Virus record (IMG/VR): IMGVR_UViG_3300026085_000093
Span: 32,001 to 96,000 of that record
DNA length: 64,000 bases
Source: a virus
Lineage: Duplodnaviria; Caudoviricetes
Strand: one strand, 5' to 3'
Of the stretch, positions 1 to 9,243 are shown piece by piece (positions within the stretch are counted from its first letter, which is position 1; each line of letters opens with the position of its first letter). The position numbers and the translations under genes were made by a program. The notes under the pieces are model-generated. The model worked only from the letters and a program-made list of their open reading frames with translations, made no database searches and was not told the DNA's origin.

Positions 1-2
1 TG

Positions 3-131
3 CGTAGTGAATGTGCTTATTTTCGAGATCAAGGATTTCGTTATTTAATACTAGGAGATTTGTATTCTTACAAACAAGAACTACAAGGCTTTGAACATAT
101 TACTTTAGATAGTCATTTAGCGTTTTCATAA
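3..131 (+). CDS. 3' end of a CDS truncated by the window edge; resembles the C-terminus of arginyl-tRNA-protein transferase-like (GNAT) proteins
   Basis: Open frame 3-131 translates RSECAYFRDQGFRYLILGDLYSYKQELQGFE...*; the G-x-x-Y-L-x-L-G...YK pattern recalls ATE/Bpt C-termini. Not in the ORF track. Confidence 0.4.
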   Translation, partial: RSECAYFRDQGFRYLILGDLYSYKQELQGFEHITLDSHLAFS

Positions 132-145
132 TATACGCATTTAAT

Positions 146-153
146 GATAAATA
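146..153 (+). promoter_or_regulatory. T4-late-like promoter motif GATAAATA, 4 nt before ATG 158
   Basis: Same octamer recurs at 20413, 24265 and 29993 upstream of gene starts; similar to the T4 late consensus TATAAATA. Confidence 0.6.
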
Positions 154-157
154 CTAC

Positions 158-1279
158 ATGAAGTATAATGCATGGAATTATAACGATCTAAATGCTTTTC
201 ACGTAGAATTAAGTACACGATGCAATGCAGCGTGTCCAGGCTGTCCAAGATTCTTACGTAATAGCACTAATGTCGATCCGGAAGTTGTGCAAACGGATAT
301 TACAATTGATTTGTTTAAAAGATGGTTTCCATTAGATCTTGTACAAAAATCTAAAAGTTGGATATTTTGCGGAACACATGGAGATCCATTGGCCTGTAAT
401 GATATATATGATATATTAGATTACATATGTTCTAACAGTATAGCAACTATACAAATTAACACCAATGGAGGCTTGCGCACTCCGGATCATTTCCGTGCAA
501 TAGGAGAATTGTTTTTAGAAACAACAAATGGTTTAAACCCAAAACCAATGCGTAAAATTACATTTAGTATAGACGGCTTAGAAGATACTAACCATATATA
601 CAGAAGAAATGTTATTTGGGATAAAGCATGGAATAACATGATTGCATATGCATTTACAGGTGCGCACACTGATTGGGACTTTTTACAATTCAAACACAAC
701 AAACATCAGGTAGAACTTAGCAGAAAAATTGCACAAGAAAATGGTATTAATTTTGTATTAAAAAATCCATTCGGTGTCGACGGCACAGGTATGCCAGCAT
801 ATGACAAAGACTACAACTTAGAATATGTCCTAGAACATGCTACAGACAACGGACATGATCATTACACTCCTGCTCCATTAGGTTGGGAAGCAGATATGCC
901 AGCGCCAGTAACAGAAGAAGGTGTAATTGCTTGTAACAGTTTTAGAACTTTGCCATATCCATACCATGAAGAACCAATGGTCGAACTATATATAGATGCA
1001 TTAGGAAGAGTTCATCCTTGTTGCTTTGTAGGAAATAAAATGCAAGGCCCTAGATATGTTCCTGAAGCAAGAGAAATGCAAACACTACAAAAAACACTAG
1101 GCGATGCAAATAATTTACATCATCATAGACTTGATCAGATTATAGACGGAGGCGTACTTGCAGTTTATTCAGAAAGTTGGCAATCAAAATCAATCAGTCA
1201 ATGCTGGGTCCAATGCGGAAAGTCCTGTGGAAAAGTCAGAGAAATTGACAAACTCTTCGAACTCTCCGAAGAAATGTAA
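158..1279 (+). CDS. Radical SAM protein with C-terminal SPASM/twitch-like domain
   Basis: CNAACPGC (CxxxCxxC), GTHGDP, TNGG, FSIDG, C-terminal GRVHPCC and CWVQC. Confidence 0.9.
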   Translation: MKYNAWNYNDLNAFHVELSTRCNAACPGCPRFLRNSTNVDPEVVQTDITIDLFKRWFPLDLVQKSKSWIFCGTHGDPLACNDIYDILDYICSNSIATIQINTNGGLRTPDHFRAIGELFLETTNGLNPKPMRKITFSIDGLEDTNHIYRRNVIWDKAWNNMIAYAFTGAHTDWDFLQFKHNKHQVELSRKIAQENGINFVLKNPFGVDGTGMPAYDKDYNLEYVLEHATDNGHDHYTPAPLGWEADMPAPVTEEGVIACNSFRTLPYPYHEEPMVELYIDALGRVHPCCFVGNKMQGPRYVPEAREMQTLQKTLGDANNLHHHRLDQIIDGGVLAVYSESWQSKSISQCWVQCGKSCGKVREIDKLFELSEEM

Positions 1280-2327
1280 ATGGCTAGATAATCACATCAG
1301 TATGGATACTTTGGGTAACTTACGGCCTTGCTGTAATTGGGATGACCGTGACAGAAACGATCTTGTAAAAGTTTCAGATATCAAAAAATACAAAGACAGT
1401 GACTTTTTAGCAAGTGTTAGGAAAGATCTTGATAATGGAATATTTCCCGAAGGATGTAGAGATTGTGAGGAAGAAGAATCTTATGGCTTTGAAAGTTTAC
1501 GATTGCAAAGCGATAGAAAATATAAGAACAATCGCAAAGACGCTGAGATAAAATTTGGAAACAAATGTAATCTTTCGTGTTCAATGTGTGGTCCTGTTAA
1601 CAGTAGTTTAATAGATACAGAACTAAGAAAATTAGATTCGCAAGATATACAACACAAACTGATACAAAGACAAAAATATTCATTTGATTTATGGTATGAA
1701 GACGAAAAAAATATACAAAAACTTGCCGAATTTTTACATGATAGAGATGAAATACGTTTCACAGGTGGAGAACCAACTGTAAATAATTATCTTCAAAAAT
1801 TTTGCGAATATTTGTTAGTATATGATAGTAAACCTAGTTTGCGTATTACTACAAATGGAAATAACTTACCTACGAAATTACTTTCAATCTTAGAAAAATT
1901 TGACGTTGAATGGCATTTTAGCATTGACGGTTATAAAGAAGTAAACGAATATATAAGGTATCCTAGCAATTGGGATAAAATTATAAAAAACATAGCAAAA
2001 GCACAACAAATCGGTACAAGTGATGTTTGTACAACTGTAAGTTGGTTGAATGTAAAACACATGGAACCATTAGGCGAATGGATCATGTCAAATAATTTTG
2101 AACGATGGGAAGTTTATCCTGTAAACAGTCCTAAAGAATTTGCACCTTGTCATGCACCTGATAATCATAAACAGATTTATGTAGATTTGTGTGCCACATA
2201 TACAGATCTTAAAAGAAGCTTGCCGGCAGTAATCCGAGAACGGAACATTGATTATTTTGATCAAGGTATGAGTTATCAAAAACATTTAGATAGATTGAGA
2301 GGAACATCTATTGAAACGGTATTTTGA
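1245..2327 (+). CDS. Radical SAM protein with N-terminal SPASM/twitch-like Cys domain
   Basis: KCKW...GNLRPCC...CRDC precedes CNLSCSMC, FTGGEP, TTNG, SIDG. Start placed at TTG 1245 (track start 1158 overlaps the previous gene by over 120 nt). Confidence 0.88.
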   Translation: MTNSSNSPKKCKWLDNHISMDTLGNLRPCCNWDDRDRNDLVKVSDIKKYKDSDFLASVRKDLDNGIFPEGCRDCEEEESYGFESLRLQSDRKYKNNRKDAEIKFGNKCNLSCSMCGPVNSSLIDTELRKLDSQDIQHKLIQRQKYSFDLWYEDEKNIQKLAEFLHDRDEIRFTGGEPTVNNYLQKFCEYLLVYDSKPSLRITTNGNNLPTKLLSILEKFDVEWHFSIDGYKEVNEYIRYPSNWDKIIKNIAKAQQIGTSDVCTTVSWLNVKHMEPLGEWIMSNNFERWEVYPVNSPKEFAPCHAPDNHKQIYVDLCATYTDLKRSLPAVIRERNIDYFDQGMSYQKHLDRLRGTSIETVF

Positions 2328-2367
2328 TAATGTTAGCGCTCAATTGTAACAAATATGTAAATACGTT

Positions 2368-2589
2368 ATGTTAAAAAATGATCTCAAAGAACAATACAGA
2401 TTATTTTACATGGTCAAGGGCCACCTTGACGCTTCCCCTGAAACAGTAATAGCAAGTGCAAATGGATATTTCAAACGCCTCTGGTATGATGGCGGCGATG
2501 GTGCACCTCTTTATGAATACAGTGAACAATTTGAACAAGCATGGAGACATAAACAGAATGGTTTCACAGAAGATACAAGAACTGAGTGA
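2368..2589 (+). CDS. Hypothetical protein (73 aa)
   Basis: ATG 4 nt after TAAATA (2358-2363); fills the gap in the gene run. Confidence 0.7.
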   Translation: MLKNDLKEQYRLFYMVKGHLDASPETVIASANGYFKRLWYDGGDGAPLYEYSEQFEQAWRHKQNGFTEDTRTE

Positions 2590-2776
2590 TGACGACTTGT
2601 CCTACTTAGAAAAACTACTTGGTGAGCAATTTGCCAAAGAGTTAGAAGCAGATAAAACTTGGATACAAAAGAATAACTATCATCGTCCAGGTGAAAAGAA
2701 AAGCAAAATCATTCGTCTTATGAATGCCATCCGTGCTCAAAGAGATGTCAAAAAAAGAACATCATTAAAGTGGTAA
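2558..2776 (+). CDS. Hypothetical protein
   Basis: ATG 2558 after GGAG, in the track ORF 2456-2776; MVSQKIQELSDDDL... Confidence 0.65.
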   Translation: MVSQKIQELSDDDLSYLEKLLGEQFAKELEADKTWIQKNNYHRPGEKKSKIIRLMNAIRAQRDVKKRTSLKW

Positions 2777-2783
2777 TTACTTC

Positions 2784-2811
2784 TTGACTTTTTTCTTATA
2801 AGTTGTATAAT
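2784..2811 (+). promoter_or_regulatory. Sigma70-type early promoter
   Basis: TTGACT-16 nt-TATAAT, followed by AGGAG and ATG 2832. Confidence 0.7.
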
Positions 2812-2831
2812 ACAAATAAAGGAGAAATCTT

Positions 2832-3092
2832 ATGAGTGATCGAGTATATGGTGCTGAAGAAAAGCAAAAACTAGAACGCCTAGTCAATGAAGGTGTGACT
2901 GTGCTTCAAGAAATTGAGGACCTACAAGCAGGTTTAAAAGACACAATAAAAGCAGTAGCAGAAGAACTTAACATTAAGCCAAGTTTGATCAACAAGGCTA
3001 TTAAAGTTGCACAAAAAGGAGATTGGGATAGACACCAAGACGAGTTTGAAGACCTCGAAACACTTGTTGTAACTGTTGGTAAGGACAAATGA
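2832..3092 (+). CDS. Small dsDNA-binding protein, T4 DsbA / GapR (DUF2312)-like
   Basis: 86 aa helical: LERLVNEG...LQEIEDLQAGLKDTIKAVAEELNIKPSLINKAIKVA fits the DsbA/GapR pattern; strong RBS. Confidence 0.6.
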   Translation: MSDRVYGAEEKQKLERLVNEGVTVLQEIEDLQAGLKDTIKAVAEELNIKPSLINKAIKVAQKGDWDRHQDEFEDLETLVVTVGKDK

Positions 3093-3370
3093 TTAAGTCT
3101 ATAATTGATTTCTGTAAAGAAAGTTATAGACTTTCTCCACTAGCATTTTATTGCGAAATGGCGGAAACCTTAATTTTAATTTCTGCAAGTGCTGTACTAA
3201 CATTTACAGTGTTAGATCCTGCAACAGAAATTTTTATTCCGATGTATCTAATTGGAAGTATACTTGGAGTTATTAGCACTGTAATTCGTAAAGCAGCGTT
3301 TGCAATAGTATTGTGTGCATGGTTTGTTGTTATGAACTCAATAGCAATGGTGCAATTATTCTTGCTGTAA
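3089..3370 (+). CDS. Small membrane protein (about 3 TM segments)
   Basis: ATGA overlap with the upstream gene; three hydrophobic stretches. Confidence 0.75.
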   Translation: MIKSIIDFCKESYRLSPLAFYCEMAETLILISASAVLTFTVLDPATEIFIPMYLIGSILGVISTVIRKAAFAIVLCAWFVVMNSIAMVQLFLL

Positions 3371-3386
3371 TATATAATAATGAGTC

Positions 3387-3437
3387 GCTCACATTACGAG
3401 CATGTAGAAGGTCCGTTGGCCAGAAACAACGAAGGAG
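3387..3437 (+). promoter_or_regulatory. Structured leader of the DNA polymerase gene (possible translational operator)
   Basis: Hairpins GCTC/GAGC (3387-3401) and CGTTG-8 nt loop-CAACG (3414-3431) directly 5' of the SD AAGGAG. Confidence 0.4.
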
Positions 3438-3442
3438 AATAA

Positions 3443-6142
3443 ATGAGTTATGTAGATGCATTCTTTGACCGTGATCAAGATATCATTCGTGTTGTAGAAC
3501 GCAAAGATGGAAAGCGACATTTCCACGAATATCAAGCAAAATATACATTTTATTATGAAGATCCTAGAGGCAAATATAAAAGTGTCTATGGCGATCCTCT
3601 TACACGTATTGTGTGTAAAAACACAAAAGACTTTAGAAAAGAAGTTGCTATTAACAAAGGCAAGAACTTGTTCGAAAGCGACATTAATCCTATCTTTCAA
3701 TGTTTAAGTGAAAATTATCTTAATCAAGATGCACCCAAACTAAACATTGCGTTTTGGGATATTGAGACGGACTTTGATCCAGAGCGTGGCTTTGCTCCAG
3801 TTGAAGATCCGTTTATGCCAATTACTGCTATTACTGTATGTTTACAATGGCTAAACAGTGCGCTAATTACACTTGCTGTTCCACCTAAAGGTATGAAGCA
3901 TGAAGATGCTGTTGCTATGTGTAAAGAACGTTGGGGAGACGAAGTAATACTTTTCACTAATGATAAGAACGGCGATGGTGAAAGACAAATGTTACAGACG
4001 TTCTTAGACTTAATTGAAGATGCAGATGTACAAAGTGGTTGGAACTCAGAAGGTTATGATGTTCCGTATACTGTTAATAGAATTAAACGTGTACTCAGCA
4101 ACGATGATACAAGACGTTTTTGTTTATGGGGACAGTTGCCCAAGAAGCGTGAATATGAAAAATTTGGTAAAACGTCAGAAACATATGACTTTGTAGGTCG
4201 TGTGCATTTAGACAGTTTGGAACTATATCGAAAATACACATATGAAGAACGTCATACATATAGACTAGATGCGATTGGTGAAATTGAAGTAGGCGAAAAC
4301 AAAACTGTTTATGAAGGCACACTTGATCAATTGTATAATCAAGACTTTGAAACATTTATTGAATATAACAGACAAGACGTTGCACTACTTGACAAACTAG
4401 ATAAGAAATTACGTTTTATTGATTTAAGCAATTCAATTGCACATGAAAATACAGTGCTTCTACAAACAACAATGGGTGCTGTTGCTGTAACAGAGCAAGG
4501 TATTATCAACGAAGCACACAACAGAGACTTACGTGTACCAAATCGGCCAAAGCGTGATGACACAGAAAGCACACAAGCCGCTGGTGCTTATGTTGCGTTT
4601 CCTAAAAAAGGTGTACACAAATGGATCGGTTCAATGGACTTGAACTCACTGTATCCAAGTGTGATTCGTGCGTTGAATATGGCTCCAGAAACTATCATAG
4701 GACAAATACGTCCTGAAATTTCTGAAGCTCGTGTTACTGAAGATATGGGGTTAAAGAAAAAGTCGTTCGCAGGTAGTTGGGAAGGACGTTTCAGCACAGA
4801 AGAATACGAAGCAGTTATGGAACAACGCAAAGATGTTGCACTAACTGTTGACTGGGAAGATGGTCGTTCAGATGTATTAAGTGCTGCCGAAATACATAAA
4901 CTTGTTTTTGATTCAAACATGCCTTGGATGCTTAGTTCAAATGGCACTATTTTTACTACAGAATTTGAAGGCGTTATTCCAGGTATCCTAAAGCGTTGGT
5001 ATGCAGAGCGTAAAGACATGCAAAAGATGCTTAAGAAAGCAAAAGACGCTAAAAATGATGCGGAAATTGAATACTGGGATAAAAGGCAACTTGTTAAAAA
5101 AATTAACTTGAACAGTTTGTATGGTGCTATTTTGAATCCAGGTTGTAGATTTTTTGATAAGCGTATCGGTCAATCAACTACACTCACAGGTCGTACTATT
5201 GTTAAGCACATGAGTGCAGAAGTAAACAAAGTTATCACAGGCAAATACGATCACGTAGGAGAAAGTGTTATCTATGGTGACACAGACTCTGTGTACTTTA
5301 GTGCATATCCGACATTACGTAAAGAAATCGAAGCAGGTAATATTCCTTGGAGTAAAGACAATGTAATTACATTATATGATCAAGTAGCAGAAGCAGCAAA
5401 TGCTACGTTCCAAGAATTTATGCTAAAGGCATTTCATTGTCCAAAGAGTCGTTCAGATGTTATTGCCGCAGGTAGAGAAATTGTTGCAGAAAGCGGATTG
5501 TATATTACAAAGAAGCGTTATGCGGCACTAGTGTATGATGTAGAAGGTTTCCGTTCAGATGTAGATGGCAAACCAGGTAAAGTAAAAGCAATGGGCTTGG
5601 ACTTGCGTAGATCAGATACTCCAGTGTTTATGCAAGAGTTCTTAAGTGAAATTCTTCTTATGGTGCTACAAGACAAACCAGAAAAAGAAATCCTAGATCG
5701 TATTACTACGTTCAGAAAAGAATTTTCACAACGTCCAGGTTGGGAAAAAGGCACACCAAAACGTGCAAACAAGATTGGACACTATCAGCGTCTTGAAGAA
5801 CGCCAAGGCAAGGCCAATATGCCAGGGCACGTTAGAGCAAGCATCAATTGGAATACGCTAAAACGCATGAACGGCGACAAGTATTCGCAAGAGATTGTAG
5901 ATGGCATGAAAGTTATTGTTTGTAAATTAAAGCAAAATCCATTAGGGTTTACTTCAGTAGCATATCCTACAGATGAACTACGTATTCCAGAATGGTTTAA
6001 GGAACTACCATTTGATGATGCAGCAATGGCAGAAACTATTATTGACAACAAACTAGATAACTTGATCGGTGTGTTGAACTATCCACTAGAAGATACAAAA
6101 CAGCACACTACATTTAACAGTTTGTTTGAATTTGGAGTATAG
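3443..6142 (+). CDS. polB: DNA polymerase, family B (899 aa)
   Basis: Exo motifs WDIET, GWNSEGYD; polymerase motifs SMDLNSLYPS, KINLNSLYG, YGDTDS, KKRY. No intein-sized insertion. Confidence 0.97.
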   Translation: MSYVDAFFDRDQDIIRVVERKDGKRHFHEYQAKYTFYYEDPRGKYKSVYGDPLTRIVCKNTKDFRKEVAINKGKNLFESDINPIFQCLSENYLNQDAPKLNIAFWDIETDFDPERGFAPVEDPFMPITAITVCLQWLNSALITLAVPPKGMKHEDAVAMCKERWGDEVILFTNDKNGDGERQMLQTFLDLIEDADVQSGWNSEGYDVPYTVNRIKRVLSNDDTRRFCLWGQLPKKREYEKFGKTSETYDFVGRVHLDSLELYRKYTYEERHTYRLDAIGEIEVGENKTVYEGTLDQLYNQDFETFIEYNRQDVALLDKLDKKLRFIDLSNSIAHENTVLLQTTMGAVAVTEQGIINEAHNRDLRVPNRPKRDDTESTQAAGAYVAFPKKGVHKWIGSMDLNSLYPSVIRALNMAPETIIGQIRPEISEARVTEDMGLKKKSFAGSWEGRFSTEEYEAVMEQRKDVALTVDWEDGRSDVLSAAEIHKLVFDSNMPWMLSSNGTIFTTEFEGVIPGILKRWYAERKDMQKMLKKAKDAKNDAEIEYWDKRQLVKKINLNSLYGAILNPGCRFFDKRIGQSTTLTGRTIVKHMSAEVNKVITGKYDHVGESVIYGDTDSVYFSAYPTLRKEIEAGNIPWSKDNVITLYDQVAEAANATFQEFMLKAFHCPKSRSDVIAAGREIVAESGLYITKKRYAALVYDVEGFRSDVDGKPGKVKAMGLDLRRSDTPVFMQEFLSEILLMVLQDKPEKEILDRITTFRKEFSQRPGWEKGTPKRANKIGHYQRLEERQGKANMPGHVRASINWNTLKRMNGDKYSQEIVDGMKVIVCKLKQNPLGFTSVAYPTDELRIPEWFKELPFDDAAMAETIIDNKLDNLIGVLNYPLEDTKQHTTFNSLFEFGV

Positions 6143-6143
6143 C

Positions 6144-6422
6144 ATGAAAAGTCCTATAAATGAACTACAACAACTAATGATTATCACCAGTGAAGAATGT
6201 GGCGAATTAATCCAAGTTTGTAGCAAAATTACGAGAAAGTATAAAAACGCTGGACAAGTTAATAAAGAATGGCGGCAGAAATTATTAGAAGAACTTGGCG
6301 ATGTACAGTGTATGATTGAACTTATGATTGATCATGGAATTGTTAATCATGTTGAAATTGCTAAACGCTCTAATGTAAAGCGTGAAAAATTAAAAAAGTG
6401 GAGTACTATAATCAATGAGTGA
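6144..6422 (+). CDS. mazG: MazG-like nucleotide pyrophosphohydrolase
   Basis: SEECGEL ... EELGDV acidic motifs; ATG 6144 just after the polB stop. Confidence 0.8.
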   Translation: MKSPINELQQLMIITSEECGELIQVCSKITRKYKNAGQVNKEWRQKLLEELGDVQCMIELMIDHGIVNHVEIAKRSNVKREKLKKWSTIINE

Positions 6423-6666
6423 AGAATCAAAACTTATTCTTATTACAGACTTTATAGAACAAAAGTTACGCAAAGAAAAAGAACTAGAATATTATCTAGA
6501 AGAACTCCAAAAATTACAAACCAAGATTGGATACTTACGTAGAGAAGTTGATCTAACTAACACTATAATTAACTTGATTAAACATGAGCAGGTTTATGAC
6601 ATTAAAGACAATATGTTAGAAAATAACAAGGATAAACTAATAGGGAGCAATGAAGAAATATCTTAG
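6415..6666 (+). CDS. Hypothetical coiled-coil protein
   Basis: Overlap-coupled ORF, 83 aa. Confidence 0.75.
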   Translation: MSEESKLILITDFIEQKLRKEKELEYYLEELQKLQTKIGYLRREVDLTNTIINLIKHEQVYDIKDNMLENNKDKLIGSNEEIS

Positions 6667-6919
6667 AAGACTTTTTATAGCATTTAGTATTTTCATAAAT
6701 GTTATACTTGGAGGCAGGATTAATCAAACATTTAGTGCAAGGAACTGGCAAAGAAAACGTGACAATAAAATAAATCTAGTGTATATTATTAATACAATAT
6801 TTAGGAATAATGATCACTGTTGGGAAAGTTGGGTAAAATGGACAATAATAAATGGTGCAATAAAAAGGTATGATGAAGAAATGGGTTTTGATAGAAAGAG
6901 GAGGCATTGGTACGAATGA
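6650..6919 (+). CDS. Hypothetical protein
   Basis: GGAG RBS, 89 aa, coupled to its neighbours. Confidence 0.7.
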   Translation: MKKYLRRLFIAFSIFINVILGGRINQTFSARNWQRKRDNKINLVYIINTIFRNNDHCWESWVKWTIINGAIKRYDEEMGFDRKRRHWYE

Positions 6920-7341
6920 AAGTAGGATTTACCGCATCGACCTTCGATTTACTTCACGCCGGGCATATACAAATGCTACGTGAAGCAAAAGAACAGTGTG
7001 ACTATCTTATATGCGGATTACAAATGGATCCCAGTGTAGATAGGCCAGAAAAGAATCCACCTGTACAAACAATAGTGGAACGTTATACACAACTCAAAGG
7101 AGTTAGTTATGTAAATGAAATAATTCCTTATGCAACTGAACAAGACTTAGAAGATATCTTGACAATGTATCATATTGATGTTAGAATACTAGGTGAAGAG
7201 TATCGTGAAAAGGATTTTACTGGCAAGGATATTTGCAAGAAGCGGGGTATCCAGCTACATTTCAATAAAAGAGATCACCGCTTCTCAAGCAGCGATTTAA
7301 GAAAACGAGTATGCGAAAGGGAAAGAAATGCCACTACCTGA
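6916..7341 (+). CDS. Cytidylyltransferase (glycerol-3-phosphate cytidylyltransferase/TagD-like)
   Basis: FTASTFDLLHAGH (HxGH), C-terminal RxxxxSSS; ATGA overlap at 6916. Confidence 0.88.
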   Translation: MKVGFTASTFDLLHAGHIQMLREAKEQCDYLICGLQMDPSVDRPEKNPPVQTIVERYTQLKGVSYVNEIIPYATEQDLEDILTMYHIDVRILGEEYREKDFTGKDICKKRGIQLHFNKRDHRFSSSDLRKRVCERERNATT

Positions 7342-7495
7342 AGGACGTAAAGCACTAACTGATCAAGATATGGTAATCTTGCTACACAATATAGCAAGAG
7401 ATTTAGAAAACACAGACCTTAGACTTACAGCAGATAGGTTTAGTGAACTAGCCAAAGCAGCAAGCGAAGCACAGCATAGGGCGAAGCAAGGATGA
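7328..7495 (+). CDS. Small hypothetical protein (55 aa; not in track)
   Basis: MPLPEGRKALTDQDMVILLHNIARD...QG*; tiles the gap with coupled overlaps. Confidence 0.65.
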   Translation: MPLPEGRKALTDQDMVILLHNIARDLENTDLRLTADRFSELAKAASEAQHRAKQG

Positions 7496-7647
7496 TACGA
7501 AATACTGATCCAACATGTGATGAACTTAGAAAAATTTTTATAGAAAATGGATTACAATTTTATATCAAAAAAGAAAAGAAGGGTATTGTAAAAGTACACT
7601 TTATAACTAGAGAGGAAGAAAATGATGTGGACACTGTTGATAATTAG
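7492..7647 (+). CDS. Small hypothetical protein (51 aa; not in track)
   Basis: ATGA overlap; MIRNTDPTCDELRKIFIENG...VDN*. Confidence 0.6.
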   Translation: MIRNTDPTCDELRKIFIENGLQFYIKKEKKGIVKVHFITREEENDVDTVDN

Positions 7648-7783
7648 TTCACTTGTAGATATTAATGAATACAAAGTTACAAGATTTAATGATTATCCTA
7701 CAGAAAAACAATGCAGCATTAATGCAGCAGTTCTTGAAGCATTGTTTACAGAAGGAGAAAAGGCGGTATGCATAAATGAATAA
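7622..7783 (+). CDS. Small protein with hydrophobic N-terminus and two Cys (53 aa; not in track)
   Basis: GAGG RBS; MMWTLLIISSLV...QCS...AVCINE*. Confidence 0.6.
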   Translation: MMWTLLIISSLVDINEYKVTRFNDYPTEKQCSINAAVLEALFTEGEKAVCINE

Positions 7784-8492
7784 GTTTATTTTTGATGTCG
7801 ACGGAACACTAACTCCAAGTAGACAAACTATCGATCCTGAGTTCAACAAATTCTTTTTTGATTTTGTAACAACTAATGATGTATATTTGATTACAGGCAG
7901 TGACAAAGATAAAACAGTTGAACAAATTGGTAATGTTTTGTTTTGTACAGCAAAAGTTGTTTATAATTGTTCTGGAAACGATGTTTGGAGTCACGGTGTT
8001 AATGTAAAAACCAATGACTGGACGGCACCAAAAGAACTTATGGATCTAATGCATGGTTGGCTACAAGCAAGTAATTTTCCTTTACGCACAGGTAACCACA
8101 TCGAAGTGCGTCCAGGTTGTGTTAACTTTAGTATAGTTGGACGTAACTGCACACTAGGCGAACGTAAATTATATATTAAACACGATCTCGAAAGTAGAGA
8201 ACGTGAAAGTATTGCTTATCAAATTAACACAGAATTTGAAAACATAACAGCAAAAGTAGGAGGAGAAACAGGTATTGATATCTATCCTACAGGTTGTGAC
8301 AAATCACAAATTATTAATGATTTTAACGACCATGACAAACTAATCTTTTTTGGCGATAGACAAGAACCTGGTGGTAATGACGAACCATTATCAACTGCGA
8401 TTGCCAAGAGAGGCAATGGTAAATCCTATCATGTCAAAGACTGGAAGGATACAATGGAGATCTTAAATGAAAGTTATGTTAACAGGCCATAG
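7776..8492 (+). CDS. HAD-family phosphomannomutase (eukaryote-type PMM)
   Basis: FDVDGTLT, NFSIVGRN, GGETGIDI, FFGD...GGND as in PMM-type HAD IIB enzymes. Confidence 0.85.
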   Translation: MNKFIFDVDGTLTPSRQTIDPEFNKFFFDFVTTNDVYLITGSDKDKTVEQIGNVLFCTAKVVYNCSGNDVWSHGVNVKTNDWTAPKELMDLMHGWLQASNFPLRTGNHIEVRPGCVNFSIVGRNCTLGERKLYIKHDLESRERESIAYQINTEFENITAKVGGETGIDIYPTGCDKSQIINDFNDHDKLIFFGDRQEPGGNDEPLSTAIAKRGNGKSYHVKDWKDTMEILNESYVNRP

Positions 8493-9243
8493 AGGCTTTA
8501 TTGGGAGTCATTTACTAAAAAGACTTACAAAAAAACATAGTGTTGTAGGGTTTGATCTTAAGGACGGTTGGGATAGAGACAAACTTAACAACAGCCAAGA
8601 TCTAACAACTTGTGACCTAAAAGAAGAATTTGATTTAATTATACACCTAGCAGGAAAAAGTGGTGTTCGTGAATCAATGAAGGATCCTGCAGGTTATTGG
8701 CTTCATAATGTAGAAGTCACCAAAAGACTTTTAGAACGCTATCCAGACACACGTATGTTGATTGCAAGTTCAAGTTCAGCATATGAGCCACATCTAAATC
8801 CATATGCAGCAAGCAAGTATATCGTAGAAGAAGCAGCATCATGTTATTCCAATACGCTATGTATGAGATTCCATACAGTTTATTCTGATAATCCTCGAAA
8901 AGGTATGTTTATGCAAAAGTATCTAGATGGAGAACTTGAATATGTTACAAACCATTACAGAGATTTTATACATATTGAAGATTTATGCGATGCAATAGAA
9001 TTATGTATGAATAGCAAGTATAAAGGAGAAATTGATATAGGTACAGGACATCCTTTTCGTATCCGTGACTTTGTAGAAGATTTGCCCATCCGTCTAAATA
9101 CCCCAAACGAAAGACAATGGACTTGTGCAAATACGGAAAAAATTAAAACACTAGGCTTTAAACCTAAATACTCAGTAGAAAAACTATTGACAAACAGCAG
9201 ATTAGGCAATATAATAGAATTTAACAATGGAGAAACAGTATGA
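8467..9243 (+). CDS. NAD-dependent epimerase/dehydratase (extended SDR)
   Basis: TGHRGFIG, HLAG, SSS, YAASK, RDFIHI. Confidence 0.92.
   Translation: MKVMLTGHRGFIGSHLLKRLTKKHSVVGFDLKDGWDRDKLNNSQDLTTCDLKEEFDLIIHLAGKSGVRESMKDPAGYWLHNVEVTKRLLERYPDTRMLIASSSSAYEPHLNPYAASKYIVEEAASCYSNTLCMRFHTVYSDNPRKGMFMQKYLDGELEYVTNHYRDFIHIEDLCDAIELCMNSKYKGEIDIGTGHPFRIRDFVEDLPIRLNTPNERQWTCANTEKIKTLGFKPKYSVEKLLTNSRLGNIIEFNNGETV
9187..9215 (+). promoter_or_regulatory. Perfect-consensus sigma70 promoter upstream of the clamp/TGT-like pair
   Basis: TTGACA(9187)-17 nt-TATAAT(9210), then GGAG and ATG 9240. Confidence 0.85.
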
